64,000 bases of DNA from Verrucomicrobiota bacterium. Its GTDB lineage: Bacteria > Verrucomicrobiota > Verrucomicrobiia > JABWAM01. Positions within the stretch are counted from its first letter, which is position 1; each line of letters begins with the position of its first letter. The stretch is from positions 87,665-151,664 of the forward strand of contig JAHFSY010000003.1 of assembly GCA_023269615.1 (NCBI GenBank). Reading direction: 5' to 3'. The notes below the pieces were generated by a model that did no database searches, was not told the origin of the DNA, and worked only from the letters and a program-made list of their open reading frames with translations. The translations under genes and the position numbers were made by a program. Below are positions 8,882 to 19,077 of this stretch, in pieces.

Positions 8882-10144
8882 ATGCCTGTATTGCCCAAAG
8901 ACATCATCTATCTCGACAACAATGCCACCACGCCTGTCGCTCCCGAGGTGGTGGATGTCATGATTCCCTTTCTGCGTGATTTCTGGGGCAACCCGTCAAG
9001 CGCCTACAGTTTCGGAAGCCAGGTCCATGCGTACGTCGAAAAAGCCCGCGACCAGGTCGCCGCCCTCATCGGCGCCGATCCCAAGGAAATCTTTTTCACC
9101 TCCTGCGGCACCGAAAGCGACAATTCGGCGATCAACTCGGCCCTCGAAGTCACGGGCAAAAAGAAGATCGTCACCACCGCCGTCGAGCACTCCGCCCTCA
9201 TCAACCAGTGCGAAAAACTCCAGAAGAAGGGGATCGAGGTGGTCTTCATGCCGGTGCGCCCCGATGGGACACTCGATTTCAAGGAGGTCGAAAAGGCCGT
9301 GGACGAGGACACCGCCATCTGCAGTGTCATGTGGGCCAATAACGAAACGGGCGTGATCTATCCCGTCGAGGAAATCGCCGAGTTCTGCAAGCTCAAGGGC
9401 GTGCTCTTCCACACGGACGCCGTCCAGGCCGTTGGAAAGATCCCGATCAATCTCAAGAAGAACAAGATCGATATGCTCTCCATCGTGGGACACAAGCTCC
9501 ACGCGCCCAAGGGCGTCGGCGCACTCTACATCCGCCGCCGCACGCGCTACTCGCCCACGATCATCGGCGGGCAGCAGGAGCGCGGCAAGCGCGGCGGCAC
9601 TGAAAACGTGGCCTCCATCGTCGGCTTCGGCAAGGCATGCGAACTCGCCGGGCAGCGCATGGACGAGGAAAATACGCGCGTGAAAGCGATGCGCGACCGC
9701 CTCGAAAAAGCCATCCTTGAAAAAATTCCCGACGTGTTCGTCAACGGTGATCGCAAGCACCGTCTGCCCAACACGGTGAACTTTGCATTCGATTTCATCG
9801 AGGCCGAGGCAATCCTGCTCATGCTCGACAAGACCGGCATCTGCGCCTCGTCGGGTTCAGCCTGCACCACGGGTTCGCTCGACCCCTCCCACGTGTTGAA
9901 AGCCATGGGCCTCACGCCTGCGCGCGCCCGCGGCGCCGTTCGCATCAGCCTTTCCACCTACAACACCGACCGCGACATTGACAAATTGATCGAGGCGCTC
10001 CCTCCCATCATCAAGAGACTCCGCGCCATGTCCCCCTTGAGTCGCGAGCATCGTGACAACGACAGCTACGATGTCGCCGCCGCCCGCGCCAAATTCGAGG
10101 AGGAGCAGGTGAAGGAAGCAAAAAAAGAGCTCACTTCAGCCTGA
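8882..10144 (+). CDS. nifS: Cysteine desulfurase (NifS/IscS, class V aminotransferase)
   Basis: 'IIYLDNNATTP', 'SIVGHKLHAPKGVGALYIRR' (PLP-Lys) and 'SSGSACT' (catalytic Cys loop). Has a 30-aa charged C-terminal extension. Confidence 0.9.
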   Translation: MPVLPKDIIYLDNNATTPVAPEVVDVMIPFLRDFWGNPSSAYSFGSQVHAYVEKARDQVAALIGADPKEIFFTSCGTESDNSAINSALEVTGKKKIVTTAVEHSALINQCEKLQKKGIEVVFMPVRPDGTLDFKEVEKAVDEDTAICSVMWANNETGVIYPVEEIAEFCKLKGVLFHTDAVQAVGKIPINLKKNKIDMLSIVGHKLHAPKGVGALYIRRRTRYSPTIIGGQQERGKRGGTENVASIVGFGKACELAGQRMDEENTRVKAMRDRLEKAILEKIPDVFVNGDRKHRLPNTVNFAFDFIEAEAILLMLDKTGICASSGSACTTGSLDPSHVLKAMGLTPARARGAVRISLSTYNTDRDIDKLIEALPPIIKRLRAMSPLSREHRDNDSYDVAAARAKFEEEQVKEAKKELTSA

Positions 10145-10149
10145 CTGAC

Positions 10150-10209
10150 GTAGCCGAACTCGCAAGAGTTTGGCGGCAGGGGATCCGCGTTCTGGCGAAC
10201 GCAGCTACA
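10150..10209. repeat. REP-like palindromic element (TGTAGC...GCGTTCGCCAGAACGCGGATCC family), copy A
   Basis: The arm 'ggatccgcgttctggcgaacgcagctaca' is the reverse complement of the arm seen at 33005 and 34575. Located between the convergent ends of nifS and dxr. Confidence 0.5.
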
Positions 10210-10217
10210 ATCCGTGG

Positions 10218-11357
10218 TTATTTCGCCGCTTCCTCACGCGCCCACTGATCCGCAGCGATGATCGTATCCAGCGGGGCGTGTTCGATGGTTTTATGTGCGG
10301 AAAGAACGCGCCCCACGGTTTCCCAGATCTGCGGAAAACGAATTTCACCTTTCACAAATCGCTCGACGGCGATTTCATTGGCGGCATTAAAGACGGCGGG
10401 CGTGGTGCCTCCCCGCTCACCGGATTCGCGGGCAAGCCGCAACGCGGGAAATCGGTCGTGGTCGGGCATTTCAAATTGTAATGAGGCCATGCGGTTGAAA
10501 TCTGCCTCGGGAAGGGTGTTGGCGACGCGGTCGGGATAGGTGAGCGCAAACTGGATCGGCAGCCGCATGTTGGGTTCGCAAAGCTGGGCAAGAAGCGAGC
10601 CATCCACAAATTCCACCAGCGAATGAATGATGCTCTGGGGATGGATCACCACCTGCACCCGGTTCATCTCGATGTCGAAAAGCCAGCGCGCCTCGATCAT
10701 CTCGAGCCCCTTGTTCATCATCGTGGCCGAATCAATCGTGATCTTCCCCCCCATGTTCCAAGTGGGATGTTTGAGTGCGTCAGCGAGCGTGATCTTGTCA
10801 AAGTCGGCCTTGGGCGTTTTGCGAAAGGGGCCGCCGGACGCGGTGAGCCAGAGGTTGCGCACTTCGTGGTTGGGTTTGCCGTCGAGGCATTGCCAGATCG
10901 CGTTGTGCTCGCTGTCCACGGGCAGGATGCGCACGCCCTTGCGTTTTGCGGCGGTGGTGACGGCCTCCCCGGCCATCACGAGAATTTCCTTGGAGGCGAC
11001 CGCGATGTCCTTGCCCGCCTCGATGGCTGCGAGCGCGGGCCGGAGTCCGGCCGTTCCCACGATCGCGATGAGGACGACATCAGCCTCGGGCATCGTGGCA
11101 AGTTCGATCAACCCCTCGGGACCAGAGGAAAGGCGGGTTGCGCCATTCACCTTGGAGCGGAGTTCCGAGAGCTTGTCGGATTTGAAGACGCATGCGGCGG
11201 AAGGTTTGCAGGTGTTGATCTGCCTCGCAAATTCATCCACGTTGCCGCCGCCCGCGGCGAGCCCGACGAGCCGAAGCCGGTCCGGCAGGTCTTCAACAAC
11301 CTTGAGCGTGCTCTGACCGATCGAGCCCGTGGAGCCAAGAAGAACAACGCGTTTCAT
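10218..11357 (-). CDS. dxr: 1-deoxy-D-xylulose 5-phosphate reductoisomerase
   Basis: 'VVLLGSTGSIGQSTL' NADPH-binding N-terminus and full-length Dxr similarity (379 aa). Confidence 0.9.
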   Translation of the reverse strand: MKRVVLLGSTGSIGQSTLKVVEDLPDRLRLVGLAAGGGNVDEFARQINTCKPSAACVFKSDKLSELRSKVNGATRLSSGPEGLIELATMPEADVVLIAIVGTAGLRPALAAIEAGKDIAVASKEILVMAGEAVTTAAKRKGVRILPVDSEHNAIWQCLDGKPNHEVRNLWLTASGGPFRKTPKADFDKITLADALKHPTWNMGGKITIDSATMMNKGLEMIEARWLFDIEMNRVQVVIHPQSIIHSLVEFVDGSLLAQLCEPNMRLPIQFALTYPDRVANTLPEADFNRMASLQFEMPDHDRFPALRLARESGERGGTTPAVFNAANEIAVERFVKGEIRFPQIWETVGRVLSAHKTIEHAPLDTIIAADQWAREEAAK

Positions 11358-11498
11358 GAGATTTCATCGTAACGGATGCGAGAGGCAGTTCAAGAACGGA
11401 AGGTCTCGCGCAACCCGCGCTACGCCGTAGGCCTGGCGAGGCGAGAGGCGCAAAGGAAGAAGAGAGTTTTCACGCAGCGGTCGCTGCGTGAAAATTGC

Positions 11499-11545
11499 TG
11501 TCCTGTTAATCTTGGAAATCCAGTCAATCCTGTCAAAAAATCCGA
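11499..11545. repeat. Solo copy of the CCTGTCA/AATCCTGTCAAAAA repeat family
   Basis: 'gtcctgttaatcttggaaatccagtcaatcctgtcaaaaaatcc' shares the AATCCTGTCAAAAA(T)TCC core with the right IR of the GxxExxY cassette at 59075..59089. Confidence 0.35.
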
Positions 11546-11556
11546 TGGGATCGAAA

Positions 11557-12951
11557 TCAACTTGCGCGGAAAAAAAGCCACCACACGGCGACCAGCATGG
11601 GCAGCAGGATGGGCAGGGTGAATTTGAAGATGAAGCCGAAAAAGGAAGGAACCTTCACGCCGGCATGCTCGGCGATGCTCTTCACCATGAAATTCGGGCC
11701 GTTGCCGATGTAGGTGCAGGCGCCAAAGAAAACCGCGCCGATGCTGATCGCGGCGATGTACTTCGCGTAATTCACCAGGAGCCATGCGATTTGGATGTCG
11801 GAGTCTGTCGGGCTCGAAACATTGTGATGAGTGATGAAATCCGCAGTGCTGCTTTCCGGAGTTGGTACAAATGCGGACACGACGATGCTGGGTTCGCTCA
11901 CGATGTGACGGATGTTTTCAATCGTTTGAGGAGAAGGGCCGTAAATGCCTCCCGCCGCGCTCAGGAAATTCAGGTACGTTGGCGCGTTGTCGAGCACCGA
12001 GGAGAGAGAGCCGCTTCCCCAGTAGAAACTTGATACAGAATGGATGCCGAGGCCCCGGGCATTTGCTTCCAGCCAATCGAGCGCGGGCATCATGGTCATG
12101 AAGATTCCCGCGAACAGGATCGCCACTTCGCGCACGGGCTTCCATGAGAAATCATTTCTCTCGTAAATCTCCGGGTCGGTGAAGAATCGCGAGGCGATCA
12201 TCGCAATGATCATCATGATCTCGCGCAGAAACATGGGTGACTGGATGAAAAGCGACCACAGGATCAGCCCGATCATCGCAATGTTGGGAAGCCCCTCGAT
12301 CTTCCATGTTTTGTTTTCGGTTTCCTTTTCGCGGACGGACTCGGGCGCACGACGGAAATTCAAGGTGTCCACGATGAAAAACACGACGAGCAGCCAGGCG
12401 ACACCCACGCTCCACATGGGAAGGAGTTCGTACAATGTCCACATGAACGGGATGCCCTTGAGAAATCCGAGGTAAAGCGGCGGATCACCAATGGGCGTGA
12501 GCGCGCCGCCGACATTGCTCACGATGAAGATGAAGAAGACAACGTGGTACGAGGTGATCCGGTATTTGTTGGCCCGCAGGTAGGGGCGGATCAGCACCAT
12601 CGAGGCGCCCGTCGTGCCGATCAGGTTGGCGAGGACGGCGCCGAATCCGAGAAGCAATGTATTGAGAAGCGGCGTGGATTCACCCTTTACGCGGATGAGA
12701 ATGCCGCCCGAGACGACGAACAGGGCACCCGTGAGGCAGATGAAGCTGAAATAATCATGGGCGCTTTCCAGTGGCCGCCCCGTCTGTTTGAGAACGACAA
12801 GATAATACCCCAGCGTCAGGAGCGAGAGGACGAGTACGACCTTGGGATAATGACGTTCCCACCATTCGTGGGCGAGCAGGGGCATGATCGCGATGCAGCC
12901 GAGCAGGACCGCGAAGGGCAGGATCATCCACGGATTGACGGAGGGATGCAT
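11557..12951 (-). CDS. Ion-transporter superfamily permease (ArsB/NhaD/CitMHS-like)
   Basis: 464 aa, about 12 TM helices, with the internal duplication typical of ArsB/NhaD-fold anion/cation permeases. Confidence 0.55.
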   Translation of the reverse strand: MHPSVNPWMILPFAVLLGCIAIMPLLAHEWWERHYPKVVLVLSLLTLGYYLVVLKQTGRPLESAHDYFSFICLTGALFVVSGGILIRVKGESTPLLNTLLLGFGAVLANLIGTTGASMVLIRPYLRANKYRITSYHVVFFIFIVSNVGGALTPIGDPPLYLGFLKGIPFMWTLYELLPMWSVGVAWLLVVFFIVDTLNFRRAPESVREKETENKTWKIEGLPNIAMIGLILWSLFIQSPMFLREIMMIIAMIASRFFTDPEIYERNDFSWKPVREVAILFAGIFMTMMPALDWLEANARGLGIHSVSSFYWGSGSLSSVLDNAPTYLNFLSAAGGIYGPSPQTIENIRHIVSEPSIVVSAFVPTPESSTADFITHHNVSSPTDSDIQIAWLLVNYAKYIAAISIGAVFFGACTYIGNGPNFMVKSIAEHAGVKVPSFFGFIFKFTLPILLPMLVAVWWLFFRAS

Positions 12952-12952
12952 G

Positions 12953-12990
12953 AGGAGAATGAAGAATGAAAAATGAAGAATGAAAAATTA
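12953..12990. repeat. GAATGAA octamer-repeat element (AATGAAGA/AATGAAAA tandem), copy R1
   Basis: 'gagaatgaagaatgaaaaatgaagaatgaaaaatta' lies immediately 5' of the transporter start codon. Confidence 0.6.
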
Positions 12991-13080
12991 GAAATTATCC
13001 TGAAACAAACAGGGGTCGCGGACGGCCACGTGAAACGTGGTGAACATCGCCTCTCACATTTGGATTCCACGCTCTGCGTT

Positions 13081-14274
13081 TTAAAACTGCTTCGACATCT
13101 GGGCGAAAAACTCCTGGCCGCCATTGCCGTTGCCGCGCTGGGCGTTGATGCCGTAGCCGTAGCCGAAGAGCCACTGGGTTTCCCACCATCCGTTGAAACT
13201 TACGCCGGTGCCCACGCCCGACCAGAGATGGACTGCGCGGTCGGGGATGTCGCTGCGTTTGGTCATCGCGCCATCGCCGTAGAAGTGCAGGGCGAGCTCC
13301 TGCTCGTTGTGAAGGGGGACCACGTAATCGAGATTCAAAAGGGCGTAGTCCTCGGCGAAAATTTCACGCGTGTAATACCCGTGCATCACGAGCGCGTTGG
13401 GCCAGCCCGTGAGGGCGCCGCCGAGCTTGAACGCGGCAAGGCGGTCCACGCCATTGCCCACGCCGCCGCCGAATTTTGTGACGAGCTTCTGGTCGTCGAA
13501 GGACCCGGCCACATACGTGCCATCCATCGAAAACTTCTGGAACTGCGAAGGCGAATCCCAGCGGTTGGGCGGCCCCCAGGCGCGCCAGTGGTCGCGGAAG
13601 GTGGCCTCGAACCCGAAATTGAAGTCCCATCCCGTCGGTGAAAAATTGGAACGCTTGAGGGTGCCCGTGCCACCGCCAAATTTAGCCGATTGGAACATGC
13701 CGCTCGTCGCGATCTGGAACGTGGGCGCGGTGTCGTCATCGTGATAATATTCCTCGTAACCGTTTTCGTAGGTGGCGCGCAATTTGGCAATCTCCGTGAA
13801 GTTGGCCACGATGTGTTGCTGCACAAACACGCGTCCGCCGTAACGTTCGACGCCCATGCGGTTGCCGAGCCGAAGCTGTCCGCGGTTGTACTCCTCGAAG
13901 CGCCCCATGGTCTGCCACGACCCGCCAAAGCCCAGGTCGGTGTTGTCGGCGATCAGGCCGCGCATCGTGAGCTCGACGTCACCGACCACGCCCGCAAAGA
14001 CGAGCTTGAAATCGGTTGAGGGACAGGGCCACGAGGTGCGTTTCCAGAGAAAATATCCGTAGCCCAGGGGATAACCCCTTCCATCATCCACGGGCCAGGA
14101 AACGCCGGCGTGGAGGGATTTGCGGTCATTGGCAGCTTCGGATGCCTCCGCCCCGGTCTCCTTGAGCGATGGCTGCGCGCGAAGACGCGCCTTTTCCGCG
14201 GGCTGATCCGCAATGGCAGCGCCGGCGAAGGCAAGTGCCGCGAGAAAGAGGGGAAATCTGAGCCTGTGAAACAT
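13081..14274 (-). CDS. Hypothetical outer-membrane beta-barrel/porin-like protein
   Basis: Signal peptide 'MFHRLRFPLFLAALAFAGAAIA', Gly/aromatic-rich alternating strands, C-terminal '...MSKQF'. Confidence 0.45.
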   Translation of the reverse strand: MFHRLRFPLFLAALAFAGAAIADQPAEKARLRAQPSLKETGAEASEAANDRKSLHAGVSWPVDDGRGYPLGYGYFLWKRTSWPCPSTDFKLVFAGVVGDVELTMRGLIADNTDLGFGGSWQTMGRFEEYNRGQLRLGNRMGVERYGGRVFVQQHIVANFTEIAKLRATYENGYEEYYHDDDTAPTFQIATSGMFQSAKFGGGTGTLKRSNFSPTGWDFNFGFEATFRDHWRAWGPPNRWDSPSQFQKFSMDGTYVAGSFDDQKLVTKFGGGVGNGVDRLAAFKLGGALTGWPNALVMHGYYTREIFAEDYALLNLDYVVPLHNEQELALHFYGDGAMTKRSDIPDRAVHLWSGVGTGVSFNGWWETQWLFGYGYGINAQRGNGNGGQEFFAQMSKQF

Positions 14275-14386
14275 AAAGGGGCGTTAACCCTACGCGAACC
14301 CGGTGGCGGAAGCAATCCTTACGAGGAAATATACGCTGGTCGCAATCATTTGAAAATTTGATGTTGTCTGGTAACGATCATGTTGT

Positions 14387-15031
14387 ATGCTATGCAACTC
14401 GATGAAAACGCAGCTTCCCCCCCATAAACGATGGGACATCATTGAAATCCAGGTGGCGGACCGCATGAGGCGGTTGCGGCATGACAAGGGTTTGACGCTG
14501 CGGGGGCTGGCCCGGGCATCGGGGATTTCCGAGGCTTATCTGTCGCGCGTGGAGAATCACAAGGCATCGGTCACCATTGCGGGGTTGCAACGGCTGGCGC
14601 GGGCGCTGGGGGTGGCCATCTCGGTGTTTTTCGAGGGAACGGGCACCAACCCGACCATCAATGTCTGCCGCGCCGGGCACGGCCACAAGGGGCAGCTCCG
14701 TGGCCCAAGGGGATTTCCGTACGAGCTCATGGCGGCTGAAAAGAAGGGGAAGCTGATGGAACCCCTGCTCCTGGATGTCACCTCCGGTTCGCGGCAAATG
14801 CCGTTGAAAGCCCACTCAGGGGAGGAGATGGACTTTGTTCTTGAGGGAGAATTCGAACTGCTTTACGGCAAGGAGAAGATCCGTTTGAAGCAGGGGGACG
14901 CGGTTTATTATGACGCCACGATTCCGCACGCGGCGAGACCAGTGAAGGGAAGCTCCTGCCGCCTTCTGGTCGTGGTCGCGTCGCGCGAATATCTTTTTCA
15001 CGGGGACCTCACACGCCTGCTCAAGGGGTGA
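14387..15031 (+). CDS. XRE-family HTH transcriptional regulator with C-terminal cupin sensor domain
   Basis: HTH_3 motif 'LTLRGLARASGISEAYLSRVENHK'. The C-terminal cupin region includes 'GDAVYYDATIPHA'. First gene of the plus-strand catabolic supercluster. Confidence 0.75.
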   Translation: MLCNSMKTQLPPHKRWDIIEIQVADRMRRLRHDKGLTLRGLARASGISEAYLSRVENHKASVTIAGLQRLARALGVAISVFFEGTGTNPTINVCRAGHGHKGQLRGPRGFPYELMAAEKKGKLMEPLLLDVTSGSRQMPLKAHSGEEMDFVLEGEFELLYGKEKIRLKQGDAVYYDATIPHAARPVKGSSCRLLVVVASREYLFHGDLTRLLKG

Positions 15032-15053
15032 CCCGTCTCACATCAACCCATCA

Positions 15054-15905
15054 TTGAAAGGAAAAACCATGAAACTTAAATTCGCCGGCGCCGATTTCAC
15101 CTTCCCGCTTCTGCCCCATGACAGCGCGCTCGACATTGTCGCCCTCCTCGGTGTGCAGGGCGTGGACATTGGTGTATTTGGCGGACGCTCGCATATCCGT
15201 CCAGAAAACATTGTCAAGGACCTCGCCGGCTCGGCTCGGGAGCTTTCCGCGAAGGTGCGTGACCGCGGACTTGAGTTTGCGGACATTTTTTTGATTCCCG
15301 GCGCGTTTGAGGTTCTCGCGCCAAACCACATAGACCCGAAGGAACGCCGCAAATCGCGGGACCTTTTCCTGCGCATACTTGAGTTCACCGCGCGGCTGAA
15401 TGCCCGCCACATGGGCGGCCTGCCGGGCACTCCCTGGAAGGGGGAGTCGGGCGCAACCTCCTTGAAGCGCAGTTCCGAGGAGCTGGCGTGGCGGGTGACG
15501 CGCGCGCAGGAAATGGGCATCACCTTCTCAGTGGAAGCGCACATCGGCTCGATCGTGCCGTCGCCCGAGGAGGCGCTGCGTCTCGTGAAGATGACGCCCG
15601 GGCTTACGCTGACGCTGGACTACACGCACTTCACGCGGGTGGGGATCCCCGATTCGAGAATCGAGCCGCTGGTTGCGCACGCCACGCATTTCCACGTGCG
15701 TGGCGGATGCAAGGGGCGGCTTCAGGCACCATTCAAAACCAACACGATTGATTACGCGCGGGTCCTCAAGGCGATGAAGAAATCAAATTATCCCGGCTAT
15801 CTTGGGCTCGAATATGTCTGGATTGACTGGGAACATTGCAATGAGACGGACAATCTCTGCGAGACGATCCTGTTCCGTGACTTCTTGAAATCCGTAAAAC
15901 TGTGA
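15054..15905 (+). CDS. Sugar phosphate isomerase/epimerase (xylose-isomerase-like TIM barrel)
   Basis: AP-endonuclease-2/xylose-isomerase-like TIM-barrel pattern, about 283 aa, with conserved E/H metal ligands ('SVEAHIG', 'LGLEY'). Confidence 0.65.
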   Translation: MKGKTMKLKFAGADFTFPLLPHDSALDIVALLGVQGVDIGVFGGRSHIRPENIVKDLAGSARELSAKVRDRGLEFADIFLIPGAFEVLAPNHIDPKERRKSRDLFLRILEFTARLNARHMGGLPGTPWKGESGATSLKRSSEELAWRVTRAQEMGITFSVEAHIGSIVPSPEEALRLVKMTPGLTLTLDYTHFTRVGIPDSRIEPLVAHATHFHVRGGCKGRLQAPFKTNTIDYARVLKAMKKSNYPGYLGLEYVWIDWEHCNETDNLCETILFRDFLKSVKL

Positions 15906-17032
15906 AGATCCGCTCCATCACGGCGCATCCGCTGCGCTATCCCGAGCCGCATGACCATGGGGTGATCCGGTACGTGACCCTCGCGCGCGTGGAGGCCGAG
16001 GATGGAACGGTGGGTTGGGGTGAGTGCATTTCGCAGTTTCCTGAATCGTGCCTCGCCACGAAGATCATCATCGAGCAGGGCTATGCCCCGTTGCTCATCG
16101 GACAGGAGGCGCTGGATGTGGAGGCGCGCTGGGAGCAGATGAACAACCGCATCTGGTGGTATGGGCCGCAGGGCATCGCGGCTTTTGCGGTCAGTGCCGT
16201 GGACATGGCTCTTTGGGATTTGAAGGGCGGGCTGCTCAAGTTGCCGGTTTGCAATCTCATCGGCGGAAGGCTCTGCAACCGCGTCTCGGCGATGGCTTCC
16301 ATTCATCTCGACATGGACAATCTTGATTGGACGGTCAACGAGTTCCGCTGGTTCCGGGAGCAGGGTTACAAGATTGTGAAGGGCGGGTGGGGAACGCGTC
16401 CCGAGTCGGTGTTTGGAACGAATCGCAAACGTGATCTCGAGCTTGTCCGACGAATCCGCGGGGTGATTGGTGAGGATCTCGACCTGGTGCTGGACGTGCT
16501 TGGCGGGCGTGTGCGTTGGGACGTCAAGGAGGCCGAAGATCGCCTTCACGAGCTGGAACCGTATCGCCTGCTCTGGATCGAGGAACCATTGCCGCCGCAG
16601 GATTACAAGGCGCATGCATTGCTGCGGAGCCGCACTCGCACGCGGATCGGGACAGGTGAACAGGAATGGAATCTGGATGGATACCGCCGCATGATGGAGG
16701 CGGGCGGCGTGGATGTCGTGCAGATGGATCCGGGCCGTTGCCATGGCATTACGGGTTGCATCAAGGTGATCAAGCTTGTCGAGGCGGCAAACCTCCGGTG
16801 GACCGCGCACACGTGGAGCAGCGCGCTCAACACTGCCGCAAGCGTTCACCTGCTGGCCACCTCGCCCAAACATGGGTGGACGATGGACTTCAAGCCGCAC
16901 GAATCGCCGATGCAGCACGAGCTCGTGAGCGATCCGTGGATTCAGAAGGATGGCTTTATTGAAGTCCGCAACAATCCCGGCCTTGGTGTCACGGTGCGGG
17001 AGGACATTGTGAAGAAATACGAATTTTCCTGA
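15902..17032 (+). CDS. Enolase-superfamily sugar-acid dehydratase (mandelate racemase/muconate lactonizing enzyme family), GTG start
   Basis: MR/MLE N-terminal capping domain plus a barrel with 'KGGWG', 'WIEEP' and 'DVVQMD' metal-ligand blocks. Confidence 0.8.
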   Translation: MKIRSITAHPLRYPEPHDHGVIRYVTLARVEAEDGTVGWGECISQFPESCLATKIIIEQGYAPLLIGQEALDVEARWEQMNNRIWWYGPQGIAAFAVSAVDMALWDLKGGLLKLPVCNLIGGRLCNRVSAMASIHLDMDNLDWTVNEFRWFREQGYKIVKGGWGTRPESVFGTNRKRDLELVRRIRGVIGEDLDLVLDVLGGRVRWDVKEAEDRLHELEPYRLLWIEEPLPPQDYKAHALLRSRTRTRIGTGEQEWNLDGYRRMMEAGGVDVVQMDPGRCHGITGCIKVIKLVEAANLRWTAHTWSSALNTAASVHLLATSPKHGWTMDFKPHESPMQHELVSDPWIQKDGFIEVRNNPGLGVTVREDIVKKYEFS

Positions 17033-17034
17033 AC

Positions 17035-17823
17035 ATGAAACGCTTTCAAGACAAGGTGGTGATCGTAACCGGGGCTGCGAGTGGAATGGGTCGCGCGCTT
17101 GCACTTCTCGTCGTGCGCGAGGGCGGATCGGTCGTGGCCGCGGATCTCAACGCGGACGCCTTGGACAAAATCCCGGCTGAGGCTATGGAAGCCTCGGCAC
17201 GCATACGAACAATCTCCTGCGACTCCAGCGATGCCACCACCGGCAAACTCCTCGCCGACGCCGCGATCTCGAGCTTCGGACGGATTGACGGCTTCGTGCC
17301 GTGCGCGGGCATCATTCGTTTTGTCTCCGTCCGCGAACTGCCACCCAGGCAGTGGGATACGGTGCTCAACCTCAATCTGCGCGGCGTTTTTTTCCAGATC
17401 CAGGCCATCGGTGCGGCGATGATCGCGGGCGGCCACAAGGGTTCGATCGTCGCCATCTCCTCCACCTCGTGCGACGGAGCACGTCCCAACAACGCCGACT
17501 ACGGAGTGAGCAAGGCCGGGATCAATCACATCACGAAAACCTTTGCTTTGGAGTTTGCACCGGCAGGCATCCGTGTCAACGCCGTGAGCCCGGGCGTGAC
17601 CGAAACGGCAATGTGGTCTCAGGTTGATCGTGAGCGCGGTGCATTTCTTGGACTGCCGCCGGGCCAGCTCACGGAAAAGATGGTCTCAGAAATCCCGATG
17701 GGCCGGAGTTGCAAGCCCGAGGAGATCGCCTCGGTCATTGCGTTTCTGCTCACAGAGGAGGCATCCTACGTTACAGGCCAGATCATCACCGTGGATGGTG
17801 GCTTCAAATTGAATCACCCTTGA
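17035..17823 (+). CDS. SDR-family NAD(P)-dependent oxidoreductase (paralog 1)
   Basis: 'VVIVTGAASGMGRA' Rossmann motif, catalytic 'YGVSKAG', and 'PGVTETAM'. Confidence 0.85.
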   Translation: MKRFQDKVVIVTGAASGMGRALALLVVREGGSVVAADLNADALDKIPAEAMEASARIRTISCDSSDATTGKLLADAAISSFGRIDGFVPCAGIIRFVSVRELPPRQWDTVLNLNLRGVFFQIQAIGAAMIAGGHKGSIVAISSTSCDGARPNNADYGVSKAGINHITKTFALEFAPAGIRVNAVSPGVTETAMWSQVDRERGAFLGLPPGQLTEKMVSEIPMGRSCKPEEIASVIAFLLTEEASYVTGQIITVDGGFKLNHP

Positions 17824-17834
17824 AATTCTCAAGC

Positions 17835-19067
17835 ATGAAAACATCCCTTCCGCACATTGAGGAATTGGTTGGAACGCCGGAATTTTTCAAAAATCCATAT
17901 CCTGTTTATGCCCGTCTCCGGACGGAGGCGCCGGTTTACTGGTGCGCAAAGTGGAAGAGCTGGCTTATAACGCGCAACGACGACGTGATGAACATCATGC
18001 GCGATCCGCAGACATTTTCCAACGTGGGGCGTCATACCCTGCTCATCGACCAGTTGGAGGACTCATCGCGCTCGCGGCTGGAGGCGCTTCGGAAGCATTT
18101 TCAGGGGCGGGGAATCGTCAATTGCGATCCACCAGACCACACGCATTTGCGCAAGCTGGCGAACAAGGCATTCACACCGGGAATGATCGAGGCCTTGCGC
18201 CCCCGCGTGGAGCGCATCATGCAGATGCTCATCGACCGCATCGAGTCCGGGAAACCGTTCGACATCATCAGCTCCATCTCCTTCCCGCTGCCCGCCATCG
18301 TGATCTCGGAAATGCTCGGCGCGCCACGCGATGATTGGGAGCGCCTCAAGAACTGGTCGGAAGGCATCACCTCCTTCTCCCAGTCGGGAAAGGTGATGAT
18401 GGATCGTGCCGTTCACGCGGACCAGTGCATCCGCGAACTCACCGCGTACTTCAGCGATCTCATCCAGCAGCGGCGGAAAGAGCCAAGGGACGACCTGATC
18501 AGCACGCTCGCGGCGGTGAGCGAGGATGGTGAGACGCTGAACGACGGGGAGCTCTTTGACACGTGCGTGACACTGCTCATCGCGGGGCATGAGACGACAA
18601 CGAGCCTGGTCGGGAACGGGATGCTGGAATTGCTGCGCGACCCGGTCCAGTTGAACATGTTGCGCGAGGAGCCTGGGCTGATGAAATCAGCCGTCGAGGA
18701 GATGTTGAGGTTTCATTCACCGGTCCTCCTCATGCATCGACGCGTGGCGAAGGACACCACTCTTCGGGGACACGAAATTGCGAAGGGCGATCTGATTTAC
18801 ATGGTTCTCGCCTCGGCGAACCGCGATCCCGAGGTGTTCACCGAGCCCGACCGGTTCAACATCCGCCGTCCCACGTCGGAGAACAAGCATGTGGCGTTTG
18901 GATACGGCATCCATTTTTGCCTCGGCGCGCCGCTCTCACGGATGGAGGCACCCGTCGCCATTCGCGCCTTGTTGACACGTTTTCCCAACCTGCGACTGGA
19001 CGGTGAGCCGCATTGGAAAGCCAACGCCATGGTGCGCTTTCTCGAACACCTGCCGGTCCGCAACTAA
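17835..19067 (+). CDS. Cytochrome P450 monooxygenase
   Basis: Heme-binding loop 'FGYGIHFCLGAPL', 'AGHETT' I-helix and 'EEMLRF' ExxR motif. Confidence 0.85.
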   Translation: MKTSLPHIEELVGTPEFFKNPYPVYARLRTEAPVYWCAKWKSWLITRNDDVMNIMRDPQTFSNVGRHTLLIDQLEDSSRSRLEALRKHFQGRGIVNCDPPDHTHLRKLANKAFTPGMIEALRPRVERIMQMLIDRIESGKPFDIISSISFPLPAIVISEMLGAPRDDWERLKNWSEGITSFSQSGKVMMDRAVHADQCIRELTAYFSDLIQQRRKEPRDDLISTLAAVSEDGETLNDGELFDTCVTLLIAGHETTTSLVGNGMLELLRDPVQLNMLREEPGLMKSAVEEMLRFHSPVLLMHRRVAKDTTLRGHEIAKGDLIYMVLASANRDPEVFTEPDRFNIRRPTSENKHVAFGYGIHFCLGAPLSRMEAPVAIRALLTRFPNLRLDGEPHWKANAMVRFLEHLPVRN

Positions 19068-19077
19068 CCCCCCCATC

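Noticed and set aside
11465-11493. Perfect 12-bp stem hairpin 'ttttcacgcagcg gtc gctgcgtgaaaa' between transporter and dxr, as an intrinsic terminator.
   Set aside because: There is no U-tract on the transcribed (minus) strand after the stem. It may still be a weak terminator or a repeat fragment. It was not listed as a feature.
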